Shown: piece by piece, positions 1 to 9,342 of the stretch
How positions within the stretch are numbered: position 1 is the stretch's first letter
Layout of the letters: every line of letters starts with the position of its first letter
Assembly: GCA_002346525.1 (NCBI GenBank)
Contig: DDZY01000037.1
Coordinates: 1 to 35,834, forward strand
DNA length: 35,834 bases
Reading direction: 5' to 3'
DNA from: Proteobacteria bacterium UBA2996
Lineage (GTDB): Bacteria; Pseudomonadota; Gammaproteobacteria; Arenicellales; UBA868
The notes under the pieces: model-generated
Databases searched by the model: none
What the model saw: only the letters and a program-made list of their open reading frames with translations
What the model was told of the DNA's origin: nothing
Translations under genes and position numbers: made by a program

Positions 1-844
1 TAGCCGACTCGGCTGGTTTGTTTGGGGCAACCTTGACCGCAGGGTCGGCCTTTCGCGGTTTGCCCAGTAACGGAACACCGATGAAACGGCCGGGCCCACC
101 TACGGTCCGAAATGAATACGGATGTTCGTAATCGACCCCCGGTCCGTATTGCTGCATGAGAGGGCCGCCAACGCTCAGTCTCTGGGCAAATGGGCCAAGA
201 TCGCGCTCAGTGCCGGGATCGATATAAAACCACTCCTTTCCGACCCGTAAGCCGAGGTACACATGGGTAGGGGTAACCCGACCTTCGGCGTTTTTGTAGT
301 GCGCCGACGCAATACCAAAATCATCTAACGGCAGACCGACGATCCGGAAGATCTGAAACGCCAGATGCGCCTTGCTGAAACACGCCGCCCAGGCAAGTTT
401 TCCGTTACGGTCCCAATAATTGGCGATTCGCTCGGCCCTGGGCCAACCATCTTTACCCATCAAGTCTCGATAACCCTGCTGTCCGGGTGCTATGCTGCCA
501 TACAGCCAGTTCAATACGTTTCGGGTTGTTTCCCAGACTTCTTCGGGACTGGGATCAGGCGACAAGTTCATCCCAATCGCAGCCCGCATTCGTTGCACTG
601 CCTGTGTCTCCACGATAGGCTGAATGCCGAAGTGCTCCAGACGACCTCGAAACCGGCGAATCTCCTGCTGTGTCTTCTGGTCGGCACGGACCAGCCCACC
701 CGAGGCTGTGCGAGCATACGGCACCGCACCCTCATAAAAAGTTTGCTGCAAAATTGGTCCAGCTAAAGAGATGTCTGCAATTGGGACGGTCGCCAACATC
801 ACCGCCAGTGCCCTCATTAGATACCTTGTCCAGGAATGGATCAT
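1..844 (-). CDS. Putative exported transglutaminase-like (Cys-His-Asp) protein, 3' end runs off the window
   Basis: Hand-translated; absent from the ORF track because there is no stop in the window. ATG at 844 follows GAGGA. The frame is open to position 1: MIHSWTRYLMRALAVMLATVPIADISLAG (signal-like)...WAACFSKAHLAFQIFRIVG...PTHVYLGLRVGKEWFYIDPG...KPRKADPAVKVAPNKPAESA. C155/H194/D209 spacing and the H-x-Y...W-x-x-x-D-P context match transglutaminase-like cores. Confidence 0.7.
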   Translation of the reverse strand, partial: MIHSWTRYLMRALAVMLATVPIADISLAGPILQQTFYEGAVPYARTASGGLVRADQKTQQEIRRFRGRLEHFGIQPIVETQAVQRMRAAIGMNLSPDPSPEEVWETTRNVLNWLYGSIAPGQQGYRDLMGKDGWPRAERIANYWDRNGKLAWAACFSKAHLAFQIFRIVGLPLDDFGIASAHYKNAEGRVTPTHVYLGLRVGKEWFYIDPGTERDLGPFAQRLSVGGPLMQQYGPGVDYEHPYSFRTVGGPGRFIGVPLLGKPRKADPAVKVAPNKPAESA

Positions 845-1196
845 TGGTCTTCCTCGGCTTCAAAATGGTGTTGAGTTGGTGAGAAACCCCTAGATAACGC
901 CATTCACTATCCCCACGGTCATGGTGGACGATACCGACCCACGGGAAAGGCCGTTTTTCGCTGAAGAGGGTCCCTACCGTACCATGCTACTCAACTCCTG
1001 ACAGCAGCCAAGTGCCTAGGTTGCGCGAGACACAAAACCTGCTTTGAGCAAGATCAGGCAGCGGGATTCCCATGTTAACCGAATGAATCCAGGACTAGGA
1101 AAGCCCCCGTTTAGTCGACCATATGCGTCGTTCTCCCAGGAATTTGGGATGCGAGAGGGGCTAGGAGGAGTGCCAGAGCGACTCTGGCTATAGCAG

Positions 1197-1595
1197 TTAG
1201 CGCTTGGAGTACTGAGGCGCTTTGCGCGCTTTGTGCAGGCCGACTTTCTTGCGCTCGACTTTTCGCGAATCACGAGTCACGAAGCCGGCTTTGCGCAGGG
1301 GTGCGCGCAGAGTCTCGTCGTAGCTCATCAGGGCGCGGGTGATGCCGTGGCGAATCGCGCCAGCCTGGCCGGTACCGCCGCCACCGGTGACCCGGATAGT
1401 GATATCGAGCTTGTCGTTCAGTTCCGCAGTATCAAGCGGCTGACGCACAACCATTCTGGCCGTCTCGCGGCCAAAGTATTCATCGAGGGATCGACGATTT
1501 ACTGTGATGTTGCCCGAGCCGCGGGTAAGGTAAACGCGGGCCACGGACGACTTGCGTCGACCTGTCCCGTAATGAATTTCGCCTGACTGTGCCAA
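1197..1595 (-). CDS. rpsI: 30S ribosomal protein S9 (TTG start)
   Basis: [54 protein letters not shown]; lies directly downstream of rplM. Confidence 0.99.
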   Translation of the reverse strand: MAQSGEIHYGTGRRKSSVARVYLTRGSGNITVNRRSLDEYFGRETARMVVRQPLDTAELNDKLDITIRVTGGGGTGQAGAIRHGITRALMSYDETLRAPLRKAGFVTRDSRKVERKKVGLHKARKAPQYSKR

Positions 1596-1653
1596 TGTAC
1601 TTTCCTATTTCGCTTTAAGTTTTGCTTGACGGTCTTACTGATCCAGGGCAGCG

Positions 1654-2082
1654 CTAGATTTCAAGCACTTTGGGCTGTTGTGCCTGGTGCTGATGGTCGG
1701 GACCGGCATACACCCGGAGCTTTGCAAACATCGCCCGGCCGAGAGGGTTTTTGGGCAACATACCCTTCACTGCGCTTTCGATTACTCTGGTTGGGTGTTT
1801 TTGAAGCTGCTCGCCTAGAGCAACCTCTTTAATGCCGCCGGGGTATCCGGAGTGGCGATAGTAGCGCTTCGCCTCTGCCTTGTTGCCAGTAACCCGGATC
1901 TTTTCTGCGTTGACAATCACAATGTGGTCGCCCGTGTCGACGTGCGGGGTGTACTGGGCTTTGTGCTTCCCACGAAGCCGTGAAGCGACTTCGCTCGCTA
2001 GCCGCCCCAACACCTTGTCGGTGGCATCCACGACGAACCATTCTCTCTGGACGGTTTCAGGCTTGGCGCTGAACGTTTTCAT
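1654..2082 (-). CDS. rplM: 50S ribosomal protein L13
   Basis: [54 protein letters not shown]. Confidence 0.99.
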   Translation of the reverse strand: MKTFSAKPETVQREWFVVDATDKVLGRLASEVASRLRGKHKAQYTPHVDTGDHIVIVNAEKIRVTGNKAEAKRYYRHSGYPGGIKEVALGEQLQKHPTRVIESAVKGMLPKNPLGRAMFAKLRVYAGPDHQHQAQQPKVLEI

Positions 2083-2109
2083 CGGATTACTGAATTCTTG
2101 CGCAAAAAT

Positions 2110-2147
2110 GAGGCGCGGATAGTACTAAATGGGCGTCTCCAAGGCAA
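2110..2147 (-). promoter_or_regulatory. Sigma70-type promoter of rplM-rpsI with GC-rich discriminator
   Basis: Minus strand TTGCCT (2147-2142), 17-bp spacer, TACTAT (2124-2119), then CCGCGCCTC, as is typical of stringently controlled ribosomal protein promoters. Confidence 0.7.
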
Positions 2148-2250
2148 GGTGTTGGGAAGAAATACAAATAAATTGCCTGGTATTTGCAAAAAATCTCGAG
2201 CTTGCAGCCAAATCAGGCGCCAATCCGGATCGCCCCGGCAACGGCCGGAC

Positions 2251-3465
2251 TTAACCCGGCGGAGAAGGATCAATCAGTTCGATCCAGTGCCGCACCGGAG
2301 GATCACTCTTCGATGACAGGTGAGCAAGGCAGCCAATGTTGGCGGTTGCAATCAATTCGGGGGCACCTTGGGCGAGATCCGACAACTTACTATCCAGTAG
2401 TGAGCTTGAGAGCGCTGGCTGAAAGATTGAGTAAGTTCCCGCTGCGCCGCAACACAAATGGGCATTCCGCGTAGGGGTGAGTATTGCGCCCGCACTTTCC
2501 AGAATCCGCTCCACCCTCCCCGTGATGCCCTGGCCATGCTGCAGAGTACAGGGCGAATGAAATGCCACCCTCTTGCCGGAGCAGGATCCCAGCGCTCTCG
2601 CGTCCTCGGGGCTGATGTATTCACACAGATCAACGGTCATGGCGCTGACTCGCGCCGCTTTCTCAACATAGACTGGATCATCCTTCAACAGTTGTCCGTA
2701 TTCCCGTACAGTTACCCCGCAACCGCTTGCGGTCATCACGATTGCATCGACGCCCTTCTCAATCCAAGGCCACCAGGCATCAATATTCCGCCGCATTGAA
2801 TTCAGTGCCCGATCGTTATCGGCGAGATGCAGCGCCAATGCGCCGCAACACCCTGCTTCCTTGACAGTGATGGCCCCGACATCAAGTTTCGCAAGAGCCC
2901 GCCGCGCGGCTGCGTTGATCTGGGGTGCCATCGAAGGCTGCACGCAGCCTCCCAGCATCAGGACAGAACGGCCGCCCTGACTCTCAGGAAGTATGCCCAC
3001 CGGTCTTTTTTCAAGAACATGTCGCGCCAGGGTTGCCGGCAAGGCCCAGCGCGTTGTCTGACCTAAACGAAACAGCACCCCAAACCAGGCGCTCAGCAAG
3101 AATCTCACCAGCAGCCACCGATGTAGACGTTCTAAAACCGGCCGTGGGGATAATTCTTCTGCCACCGGCCGAGCGAGTTCCACAAGGCGCCCGTAATTGA
3201 CGCCCGATGGGCAAGTCGTCTCGCACGATCTGCAGGTAAGACACCGATCCAGGTGGAGTCTCGTGGTCTCGGAAGCCTCAGCGCTTTCAAGCAATTGCTT
3301 GACGAGATAGATGCGCCCGCGCGGTCCATCCAACTCGTCTCCAAGCAGCTGGTAGGTTGGACAGGTCGCCGTACAAAAACCGCAATGGACGCACTTGCCG
3401 AGTATCTCGCTTGCCTCCTTGCCAAACGCGGTGCCCTTGAATTCTTCAGCCAGTTCAACGTACAT
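2251..3465 (-). CDS. glcF: Glycolate oxidase/dehydrogenase Fe-S subunit
   Basis: CVHCGFCTATCPTY and CLTCRSCETTCPSGV 4Fe-4S motifs, two CCG domains (GCCGAL, LCCGAAG), TANIGC. Confidence 0.95.
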   Translation of the reverse strand: MYVELAEEFKGTAFGKEASEILGKCVHCGFCTATCPTYQLLGDELDGPRGRIYLVKQLLESAEASETTRLHLDRCLTCRSCETTCPSGVNYGRLVELARPVAEELSPRPVLERLHRWLLVRFLLSAWFGVLFRLGQTTRWALPATLARHVLEKRPVGILPESQGGRSVLMLGGCVQPSMAPQINAAARRALAKLDVGAITVKEAGCCGALALHLADNDRALNSMRRNIDAWWPWIEKGVDAIVMTASGCGVTVREYGQLLKDDPVYVEKAARVSAMTVDLCEYISPEDARALGSCSGKRVAFHSPCTLQHGQGITGRVERILESAGAILTPTRNAHLCCGAAGTYSIFQPALSSSLLDSKLSDLAQGAPELIATANIGCLAHLSSKSDPPVRHWIELIDPSPPG

Positions 3466-3467
3466 GA

Positions 3468-4535
3468 TTACTCTTCGGCAAAGAGCCGGCCCGGGTTCAG
3501 AATTCCAGCGGGATCAAATGCCGCTTTCAGTCGTCGGTTCAGTTTCAGAACGGTGTCTTGCGGAACATCGGAGCGCGCGCCCTGATCGCTACCGCCAAAA
3601 ACCGTTACGTAACCCCCGTAAGGCCTGACCAGTTCACTGAGCGCTTCGAATCCGGTATCCGACTTAACCCAATACTGCGCGCCTCCCCAGTCAATCAGCG
3701 TCTTGCCAGGGAAATGTATTACGTCGTTTCGAGGCTTTAGACTGATCCGCCAAAGCGGCGAGCTCTCAGCGAAAAAACCGAGGCGATGTTCTTTTAGCTG
3801 TGACCAGAAGGCATCTCCCTCTGACGCCAGTTCCCCGCCCAAAGCGCCTGCAGCAGTGTTGACGGCCGCCTCACTGCCCGACAGGCGCAGCCGCAACACC
3901 CCGTCGAGGTAGGCAGTTGCAGAAACCGGCAGGGAGCGACCCAGCAAACTGGTCATTAATTCGATTGCAGATTCTCCCGACATCTCGAAAGCGCGTGTTT
4001 GATTACACGAAGGCAAGGGGAGCACTTTCAGTGAGACTTCTGTGAGTATGCCGAGCGTGCCCATTGATCCCGCCATCAGGCGGGACACGTCATAGCCCGC
4101 GACATTTTTCATGACCTCACCGCCAAAACGAAGGGCATCCCCTTTGCCGTTGATACAGCGAACCCCCAATACAAAGTCACGGGCGGCTCCACGATAAGGG
4201 CGGCATGGTCCAGACAGTCCGCATGCGATGGTACCGCCGATCGTGGCACCCTCTCCAAACGCCGGCGGCTCAAAAGGAAGCATCTGCCCTGATTGGGCAA
4301 GTGTGCTCTCAAGCTCAGTGAGGCGGGTTCCCGCACGGACAGTCACGACCAGTTCTGTGGGCTCATAGTGCACTACTCCTTGGACAGTGCGGACAGAACA
4401 CGGGGTGCCGCGGGACACTCGGCCGAGAAAACTTTTGGTGCCGCCTCCCGTGATAGCCAGAGCTTCGCCATCCTGAGCTGCCTTTCTCACACGCTCCTGA
4501 AGTGCTGCGACAGCGCTGTCGGCGTCTTCAGACAT
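3468..4535 (-). CDS. glcE: Glycolate oxidase FAD-binding subunit
   Basis: YEPTELVVTVRAGT, ATIGGTIACGLSGP, GGEVMKNVAGYDVSRL, LKAAFDPAGILNPGR. Start moved to the ATG at 4535, 1 nt after the glcD stop. Confidence 0.93.
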   Translation of the reverse strand: MSEDADSAVAALQERVRKAAQDGEALAITGGGTKSFLGRVSRGTPCSVRTVQGVVHYEPTELVVTVRAGTRLTELESTLAQSGQMLPFEPPAFGEGATIGGTIACGLSGPCRPYRGAARDFVLGVRCINGKGDALRFGGEVMKNVAGYDVSRLMAGSMGTLGILTEVSLKVLPLPSCNQTRAFEMSGESAIELMTSLLGRSLPVSATAYLDGVLRLRLSGSEAAVNTAAGALGGELASEGDAFWSQLKEHRLGFFAESSPLWRISLKPRNDVIHFPGKTLIDWGGAQYWVKSDTGFEALSELVRPYGGYVTVFGGSDQGARSDVPQDTVLKLNRRLKAAFDPAGILNPGRLFAEE

Positions 4536-4536
4536 T

Positions 4537-6000
4537 TCAGAACCTCGGCAGCTCCGGATGCGGCAGCTCACCGTGATGGACATGCATTGCATTGAACTCG
4601 GCACACCGTGAAAGCGTCGGGACGGCCTTGCCCGGGTTCAGCAAACCTTCGGGGTCGAAGACGGCCTTCAAGGCATGAAACTGTTCGAGTTCAGCCTTAC
4701 CGAACTGCACACACATCTGATCGATTTTCTCGAGTCCAACGCCATGCTCGCCCGTGATCGTGCCGCCGACCCGAACGCACAACTGCAGAATCTCGGCGCC
4801 CAGTGCCTCGGTGCGCTCAAACTCGCCGGGTTTTCCCGAGTCATACAAAATGAGCGGGTGCAGGTTGCCATCCCCGGCATGAAAAACATTAGCCACCCGC
4901 AGCCCGGCACGGGCGGCGAGTTCGGAGATGCCTAAGAGCACTTCGCCCAGTGCCCGGCGGGGGATTGTCCCGTCGATACAGTAATAGTCGGGCGAGATGC
5001 GCCCGACTGCAGGAAAGGCATTTTTTCTCCCAGACCAAAAGCGCTGTCGTTCGCTCTCATCGCAAGCGACATCCACTGAACGGGCTCCGCACTCAAAGAG
5101 AAGCGACGACACAGACTCGATCTCGGTCTGCACTTCAGCGTCTGTCCCGTCCAGTTCACAAAGCAGAATTGCGGCCGCGTCGCGGGGATATCCTGCCTGC
5201 ACAAAGTCTTCCGCCGCGATGATGGCCGGGGTATCCATCATCTCAAGCCCTGCGGGAATGATGCCCGCTGCAATGATGGAAGCCACCGCTGAGGCAGCTT
5301 GCTCAACATCCCCAAAAGCCGCCATCAGCGCCCTGGCGGTCGGTGGGACCGGCAACAGCCGCACGGTAATTTCCGTCACCACGCCCAGCATCCCTTCAGA
5401 ACCAATAAAGGCAGCCATGAGATCATATCCGGGCTGATCCGGCGCCTCGGAGCCGATCTCAATCACCTCTCCTCCCATCAGGACTACTTCAGCCGCCAGA
5501 ACGTTGTGCACCGTGAGACCGTACTTGAGGCAGTGCACTCCCCCTGCGTTCTCAGCCACGTTACCGCCGATCGTACAGGCAATCTGCGATGAAGGATCCG
5601 GCGCGTAGTAAAGACCCCGCTCTGCTACCGCCTCACTAATGGCAAGATTCCTCACACCCGGCTGAACACGAGCCGTACAGGCAACCGGATCAACCGACAC
5701 AATCCGGTTGAACCTGGCCATACTGAGCAGCACGCCTTCAGGATGGGGCGTTGCGCCACCGGAAAGCCCTGTCCCGGCGCCCCTTGCAACTACCGGAACC
5801 GAATGCGTCTGGCACAACTGCATGATCGACCGAACCTGCTCGAGGGTGTCCGGCAAAACCACCACCCCGGGCAGCGCCTTGTATCCTGAAAGCCCATCAC
5901 ACTCATAAGGTCGCCGTTCGTCGGGCGACCGTAAAACCGCTGCCTCAGGCAGAGCGCTGAGCAATTCTTTCAGGAAGGATGTATTAAGCAATTCGGTCAA
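4537..6000 (-). CDS. glcD: Glycolate oxidase FAD-linked subunit
   Basis: RGAGTGLSGGA, YAPDPSSQIACTIGGNVAENAGGVHCLKYG, HAGDGNLHP, GEHGVG, FDPEGLLNPGK. Confidence 0.96.
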   Translation of the reverse strand: MTELLNTSFLKELLSALPEAAVLRSPDERRPYECDGLSGYKALPGVVVLPDTLEQVRSIMQLCQTHSVPVVARGAGTGLSGGATPHPEGVLLSMARFNRIVSVDPVACTARVQPGVRNLAISEAVAERGLYYAPDPSSQIACTIGGNVAENAGGVHCLKYGLTVHNVLAAEVVLMGGEVIEIGSEAPDQPGYDLMAAFIGSEGMLGVVTEITVRLLPVPPTARALMAAFGDVEQAASAVASIIAAGIIPAGLEMMDTPAIIAAEDFVQAGYPRDAAAILLCELDGTDAEVQTEIESVSSLLFECGARSVDVACDESERQRFWSGRKNAFPAVGRISPDYYCIDGTIPRRALGEVLLGISELAARAGLRVANVFHAGDGNLHPLILYDSGKPGEFERTEALGAEILQLCVRVGGTITGEHGVGLEKIDQMCVQFGKAELEQFHALKAVFDPEGLLNPGKAVPTLSRCAEFNAMHVHHGELPHPELPRF

Positions 6001-6162
6001 GGATCCTCCAAAGCGGTCCGTGATCCCTCCTCTCAGTATGTCACAGCACTTGATTGGGCTTAAGACAAAAAGAGCGCTGGTCTGACCTCGCTCTGGAAGG
6101 AAAACAGGGCTTTCGCTATGCTGTCAGCTCTCAAGTATCCAAGAGTTGTACCAGCGACCCAC

Positions 6163-6582
6163 ATGACCGATCCTGCATCTCTTATTACGTCCCTCAACAT
6201 GACCCCGCACCCGGAAGGCGGTCACTTTGCCGAGACGTTTCGCGCGGACGATGGCTCTGCCAGCTTGATCTTCTATCTTCTACAACAGGACGAAAGATCA
6301 CACTGGCATCGGCTGACCAAAAATGAAATGATTCACTTCTATGATGGAGACCCGCTGAAACTGTTGTTGTCACCAGACGGGGTGTCGATCGAGGAAAAAA
6401 CGTTGGGGCGCGAGGCAGTCAATAACGAGTTCTACCATCGAGTCGTTCCGAAGGATACCTGGTTTTCGATGCACTCAACCGGAGACTGGTCACTGATCGG
6501 ATGCACCGTCTCTCCGGCTTTTTCGTTCGACGATTTTGAACTGGCTCCGAGGGACTGGATGCCCGGTCACGGACAACCCTAA
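6163..6582 (+). CDS. DUF985 / Cupin_5 family protein
   Basis: PHPEGGHFAETFR, IFYLL, SHWHRL, EMIHFYDGDP, LIGCTVSPAFSFDDFEL. Start placed at MTDPA (6163) rather than 6118. Confidence 0.85.
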   Translation: MTDPASLITSLNMTPHPEGGHFAETFRADDGSASLIFYLLQQDERSHWHRLTKNEMIHFYDGDPLKLLLSPDGVSIEEKTLGREAVNNEFYHRVVPKDTWFSMHSTGDWSLIGCTVSPAFSFDDFELAPRDWMPGHGQP

Positions 6583-7292
6583 CTTACAGCCCGAAAGAAG
6601 TTATCGTAAAGCAGCCGGGCGTTGTCTTTAAATTTCGACATATGTTTAAGGGCGTCGGTTTCCATCACCTTAAGTGCCCCGGGTCCTTTGACGGCATCAA
6701 GCGCTGCGGCATACGCCGGCACCTCGTTCCAATCGCTGATAGTGCTGTCCTCAAGTTCTACATGAAACTGAATGCCCCAGGCGTACTTGCCGACGCGCAT
6801 TGCCTGCCAGGTACATTCGGGAGAGCTGGCCAGCAACTCCGCGCCAAAAGGTGGTTGAGTAACCGCAACAGAGTGCCATTGCAGGCACTTCAGCTGCGCC
6901 GGGAGTCCCTGCATCAGAGGATCCGCTTGGGCAGCTTCCGTCAGGCGGACATCAAGGATGCCGATCTCCGGTGTCGCCTGGACATCGCATTTGCCGTCCA
7001 GTGCATCCGCCAGCAATTGGTGTCCCAGGCAAAGACCCAGATAGGGCTTTTTCAGATCCTGAACCCAGGTGCGGATGGCAGCTTTTTCGGGCACAAGCCA
7101 GGGACACGTATCGGTATCCCAGACATCCATCGGACCCCCCATCACCCATAGGGCGTCAAAACGATCCAGGTCGGGGATCGGTTCCCCGGCATCCAGTTCC
7201 ACTGCATGCCATTCAATCCCCGTTTCGCTAAAAAATCGGCGAAATATCCCCGGGTGCTCGCAGGCGATGTGCTGGAAGACCAAGACCTTCAT
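6579..7292 (-). CDS. Class I glutamine amidotransferase-like protein (possible gamma-glutamyl-amide hydrolase)
   Basis: MGGPM oxyanion strand, nucleophile elbow LGLCLGHQL, QWH, IQFHVE (Cys-His-Glu triad); lies directly downstream of gmaS. Confidence 0.85.
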   Translation of the reverse strand: MKVLVFQHIACEHPGIFRRFFSETGIEWHAVELDAGEPIPDLDRFDALWVMGGPMDVWDTDTCPWLVPEKAAIRTWVQDLKKPYLGLCLGHQLLADALDGKCDVQATPEIGILDVRLTEAAQADPLMQGLPAQLKCLQWHSVAVTQPPFGAELLASSPECTWQAMRVGKYAWGIQFHVELEDSTISDWNEVPAYAAALDAVKGPGALKVMETDALKHMSKFKDNARLLYDNFFRAVS

Positions 7293-7317
7293 GGTTTAAC
7301 CCAGGTCAATACCTACC

Positions 7318-8625
7318 CTAGCAATCCAGCGTATGGTCGCGCTCCCATTGACTGATAGCAGCGCTGTAACTGCGCCAATCCTGATGCTTCAGCTTGGCAT
7401 AACTGTCTACCAGATCGTCTCCAAGTCCTGTGCGCAGTATCTTGCTCTTCTCAAAAACGCGAATCGCGTCAAGCAGGTTGGACGGCAGCCGTCGCGCATT
7501 CTTTACCTTGTGACCTTCCGTGTACATATTGATATCAAGGGGCTTGCCCGGGTCACGCTTGTTTGCAATGCCGTCGAGGCCTGCCGCCAGAACCCCGGCC
7601 TGAAGGAGATACGGGTTGGCGGCTCCGTCCATCAGACGCAGTTCAAAGCGTCCGGCATCAGGTACCCGAACCATGTGGGTTCTGTTATTGCCACCATAGG
7701 TGATGGCATTGGGTGACCAGGTTGCACCTGATGTCGTCACCTGCGCGTCAATTCGCTTGTAACTGTTTACAGTCGGGTTGAACACCGCGGTAAGCGCATC
7801 GGCGTTATGCAGCACCCCGCCCAGAAATTGGTACGCCGTCTTGGAAAGACCCATTTCGTCACGCGCGTTGTGGAAAAGGTTCTTCTTGCCGGCCTTGTCC
7901 CAAACCGATACGTGAGCGTGGCAGCCATTTCCGGTCAGATTTGAGAAGGGTTTGGGCATGAACGTGGCACGCAGTCCGTGTTTTTCCGCTATCGCCTTGA
8001 CCATGTATTTGAAGAACACATGGCGGTCCGCCGTGACCAGGGCATCGTCGAAATCCCAGTTCATCTCGAACTGCCCGTTGGCATCCTCATGATCATTCTG
8101 ATAGGGACCCCAACCGAGTGAGATCATGCAGTCACAGATCTCGCTGATGACGTCATAGCGCCGCATCAGTGCCGACTGGTCATAGCAGGGTTTTTCCTGC
8201 GTATCATTGGGATCCGACAGTGATAGGCCGTCACCGCTGACGAGAAAATACTCACACTCGACCCCTGTTTTCATCCGGTAGCCCTGCTTTGCCGCCTTGG
8301 CAATCTGCGCCTTCAAGGCCACACGTGGAGAGGCCTCAACGGGCTTTCCATCCATAACCAGATCCCCGGCCAGCCAGCCGACTTCCGGCTTCCAGGGCAA
8401 TTGAATCAGGCTCGCCGGATCCGGCACCGAGAACATATCGGGATGTGCCGGCGTCATATCCAGCCATGCGGCAAAGCCGGCGAAGCCGGCACCATCTTTT
8501 TGCATATCGCCAATGGCTCGCGCCGGCACCAGTTTAGAGCGCAACACGCCAAAAAGATCGACGAAACTGATCAGGAAATACTTGATCTTTTTCTGCTTGG
8601 CGACGGTCGCCAGATTTATTGCCAT
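7318..8625 (-). CDS. gmaS: Gamma-glutamylmethylamide synthetase (GlnT/GS-like)
   Basis: KYFLISFVDLFG..RSKLVP, GAGFAGFAAWLD, GVECEYFL, QNDHEDANGQFEMN, FMPKPF..GNGCHAH, SGATWSP, RFELRLMDGAANPYL; sits in a tmm/mgs context. Confidence 0.88.
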   Translation of the reverse strand: MAINLATVAKQKKIKYFLISFVDLFGVLRSKLVPARAIGDMQKDGAGFAGFAAWLDMTPAHPDMFSVPDPASLIQLPWKPEVGWLAGDLVMDGKPVEASPRVALKAQIAKAAKQGYRMKTGVECEYFLVSGDGLSLSDPNDTQEKPCYDQSALMRRYDVISEICDCMISLGWGPYQNDHEDANGQFEMNWDFDDALVTADRHVFFKYMVKAIAEKHGLRATFMPKPFSNLTGNGCHAHVSVWDKAGKKNLFHNARDEMGLSKTAYQFLGGVLHNADALTAVFNPTVNSYKRIDAQVTTSGATWSPNAITYGGNNRTHMVRVPDAGRFELRLMDGAANPYLLQAGVLAAGLDGIANKRDPGKPLDINMYTEGHKVKNARRLPSNLLDAIRVFEKSKILRTGLGDDLVDSYAKLKHQDWRSYSAAISQWERDHTLDC

Positions 8626-8691
8626 GATAGCTATCCTCCTTTCAGGATTTTTGAAGAATCTGTGCTGTGGAATTCAATACCGTAGATGATC

Positions 8692-9342
8692 TCACGAGCC
8701 CGGACTGGGCTCAACGATGAACGAGAGAAACCGAATCGGCAGTTGTTTCAGTTCCTCCGGGCCATGCGGCGCATCAGCATCGAAGTAAAGTGAATCTCCC
8801 GGACTCATCGCGTAGACATGCGAACCATGCCGATAGACCATTTCTCCCTCCAGGATGTAAATGAACTCGACTCCATCATGCTGAAACAAAGGAAAGACGT
8901 CCGAGGGCTCCGAGATCACGATCAGGTAGGGTTCGGCTCGGGTAGCCCGGTCACCGACAGAATGGCCTAGCAGGTGGTACTGATGGCCCGCACGAGTGCC
9001 GCGGCGGTCGATGACGAGGCCCTTACCCGCCTTGACGAAGGACGCCTCGCGATCCTGCTCGTACTGGCGGAAAAGAGCGGTTACCGGCACATTAAGCGCA
9101 GCTGCAAGGGACTGCAGCGTTGTCAAAGATGGCGATGTCTGGCCATTCTCGATCTTGGACAGCATCCCGGGAGACAAATCCGCCTGGCGCGCCAGATTGG
9201 CAATGGTCATGCTGAGCTGCGTCCGGTACACCCGAACCTGCCTGCCGATGGCGTCTTCAAGCCGATGGCTACGCTCAGAGACCGGACCCGCCAAATTCTG
9301 GTCCACGACCTCGAGGGGATGCCCTGAGGATCTTGGGCTCAT
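8692..9342 (-). CDS. XRE-family HTH + cupin transcriptional regulator
   Basis: LSPGMLSKIENGQTSPSLTTL HTH; C-terminal cupin FQHDGVEFIYILEG...GDSLYFDADAPHGP. ATGA overlap with the upstream gene. Confidence 0.92.
   Translation of the reverse strand: MSPRSSGHPLEVVDQNLAGPVSERSHRLEDAIGRQVRVYRTQLSMTIANLARQADLSPGMLSKIENGQTSPSLTTLQSLAAALNVPVTALFRQYEQDREASFVKAGKGLVIDRRGTRAGHQYHLLGHSVGDRATRAEPYLIVISEPSDVFPLFQHDGVEFIYILEGEMVYRHGSHVYAMSPGDSLYFDADAPHGPEELKQLPIRFLSFIVEPSPGS

Noticed and set aside
365-882. Plus-strand ORFs 365-766 and 670-882
   Set aside because: They are antisense to the longer minus-strand transglutaminase-like frame.
845-1196. tRNA or terminator downstream of rpsI
   Set aside because: No cloverleaf or T-loop motif. 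The GCCAGAG/CTCTGGC hairpin (1172-1188) lacks a U-tract.
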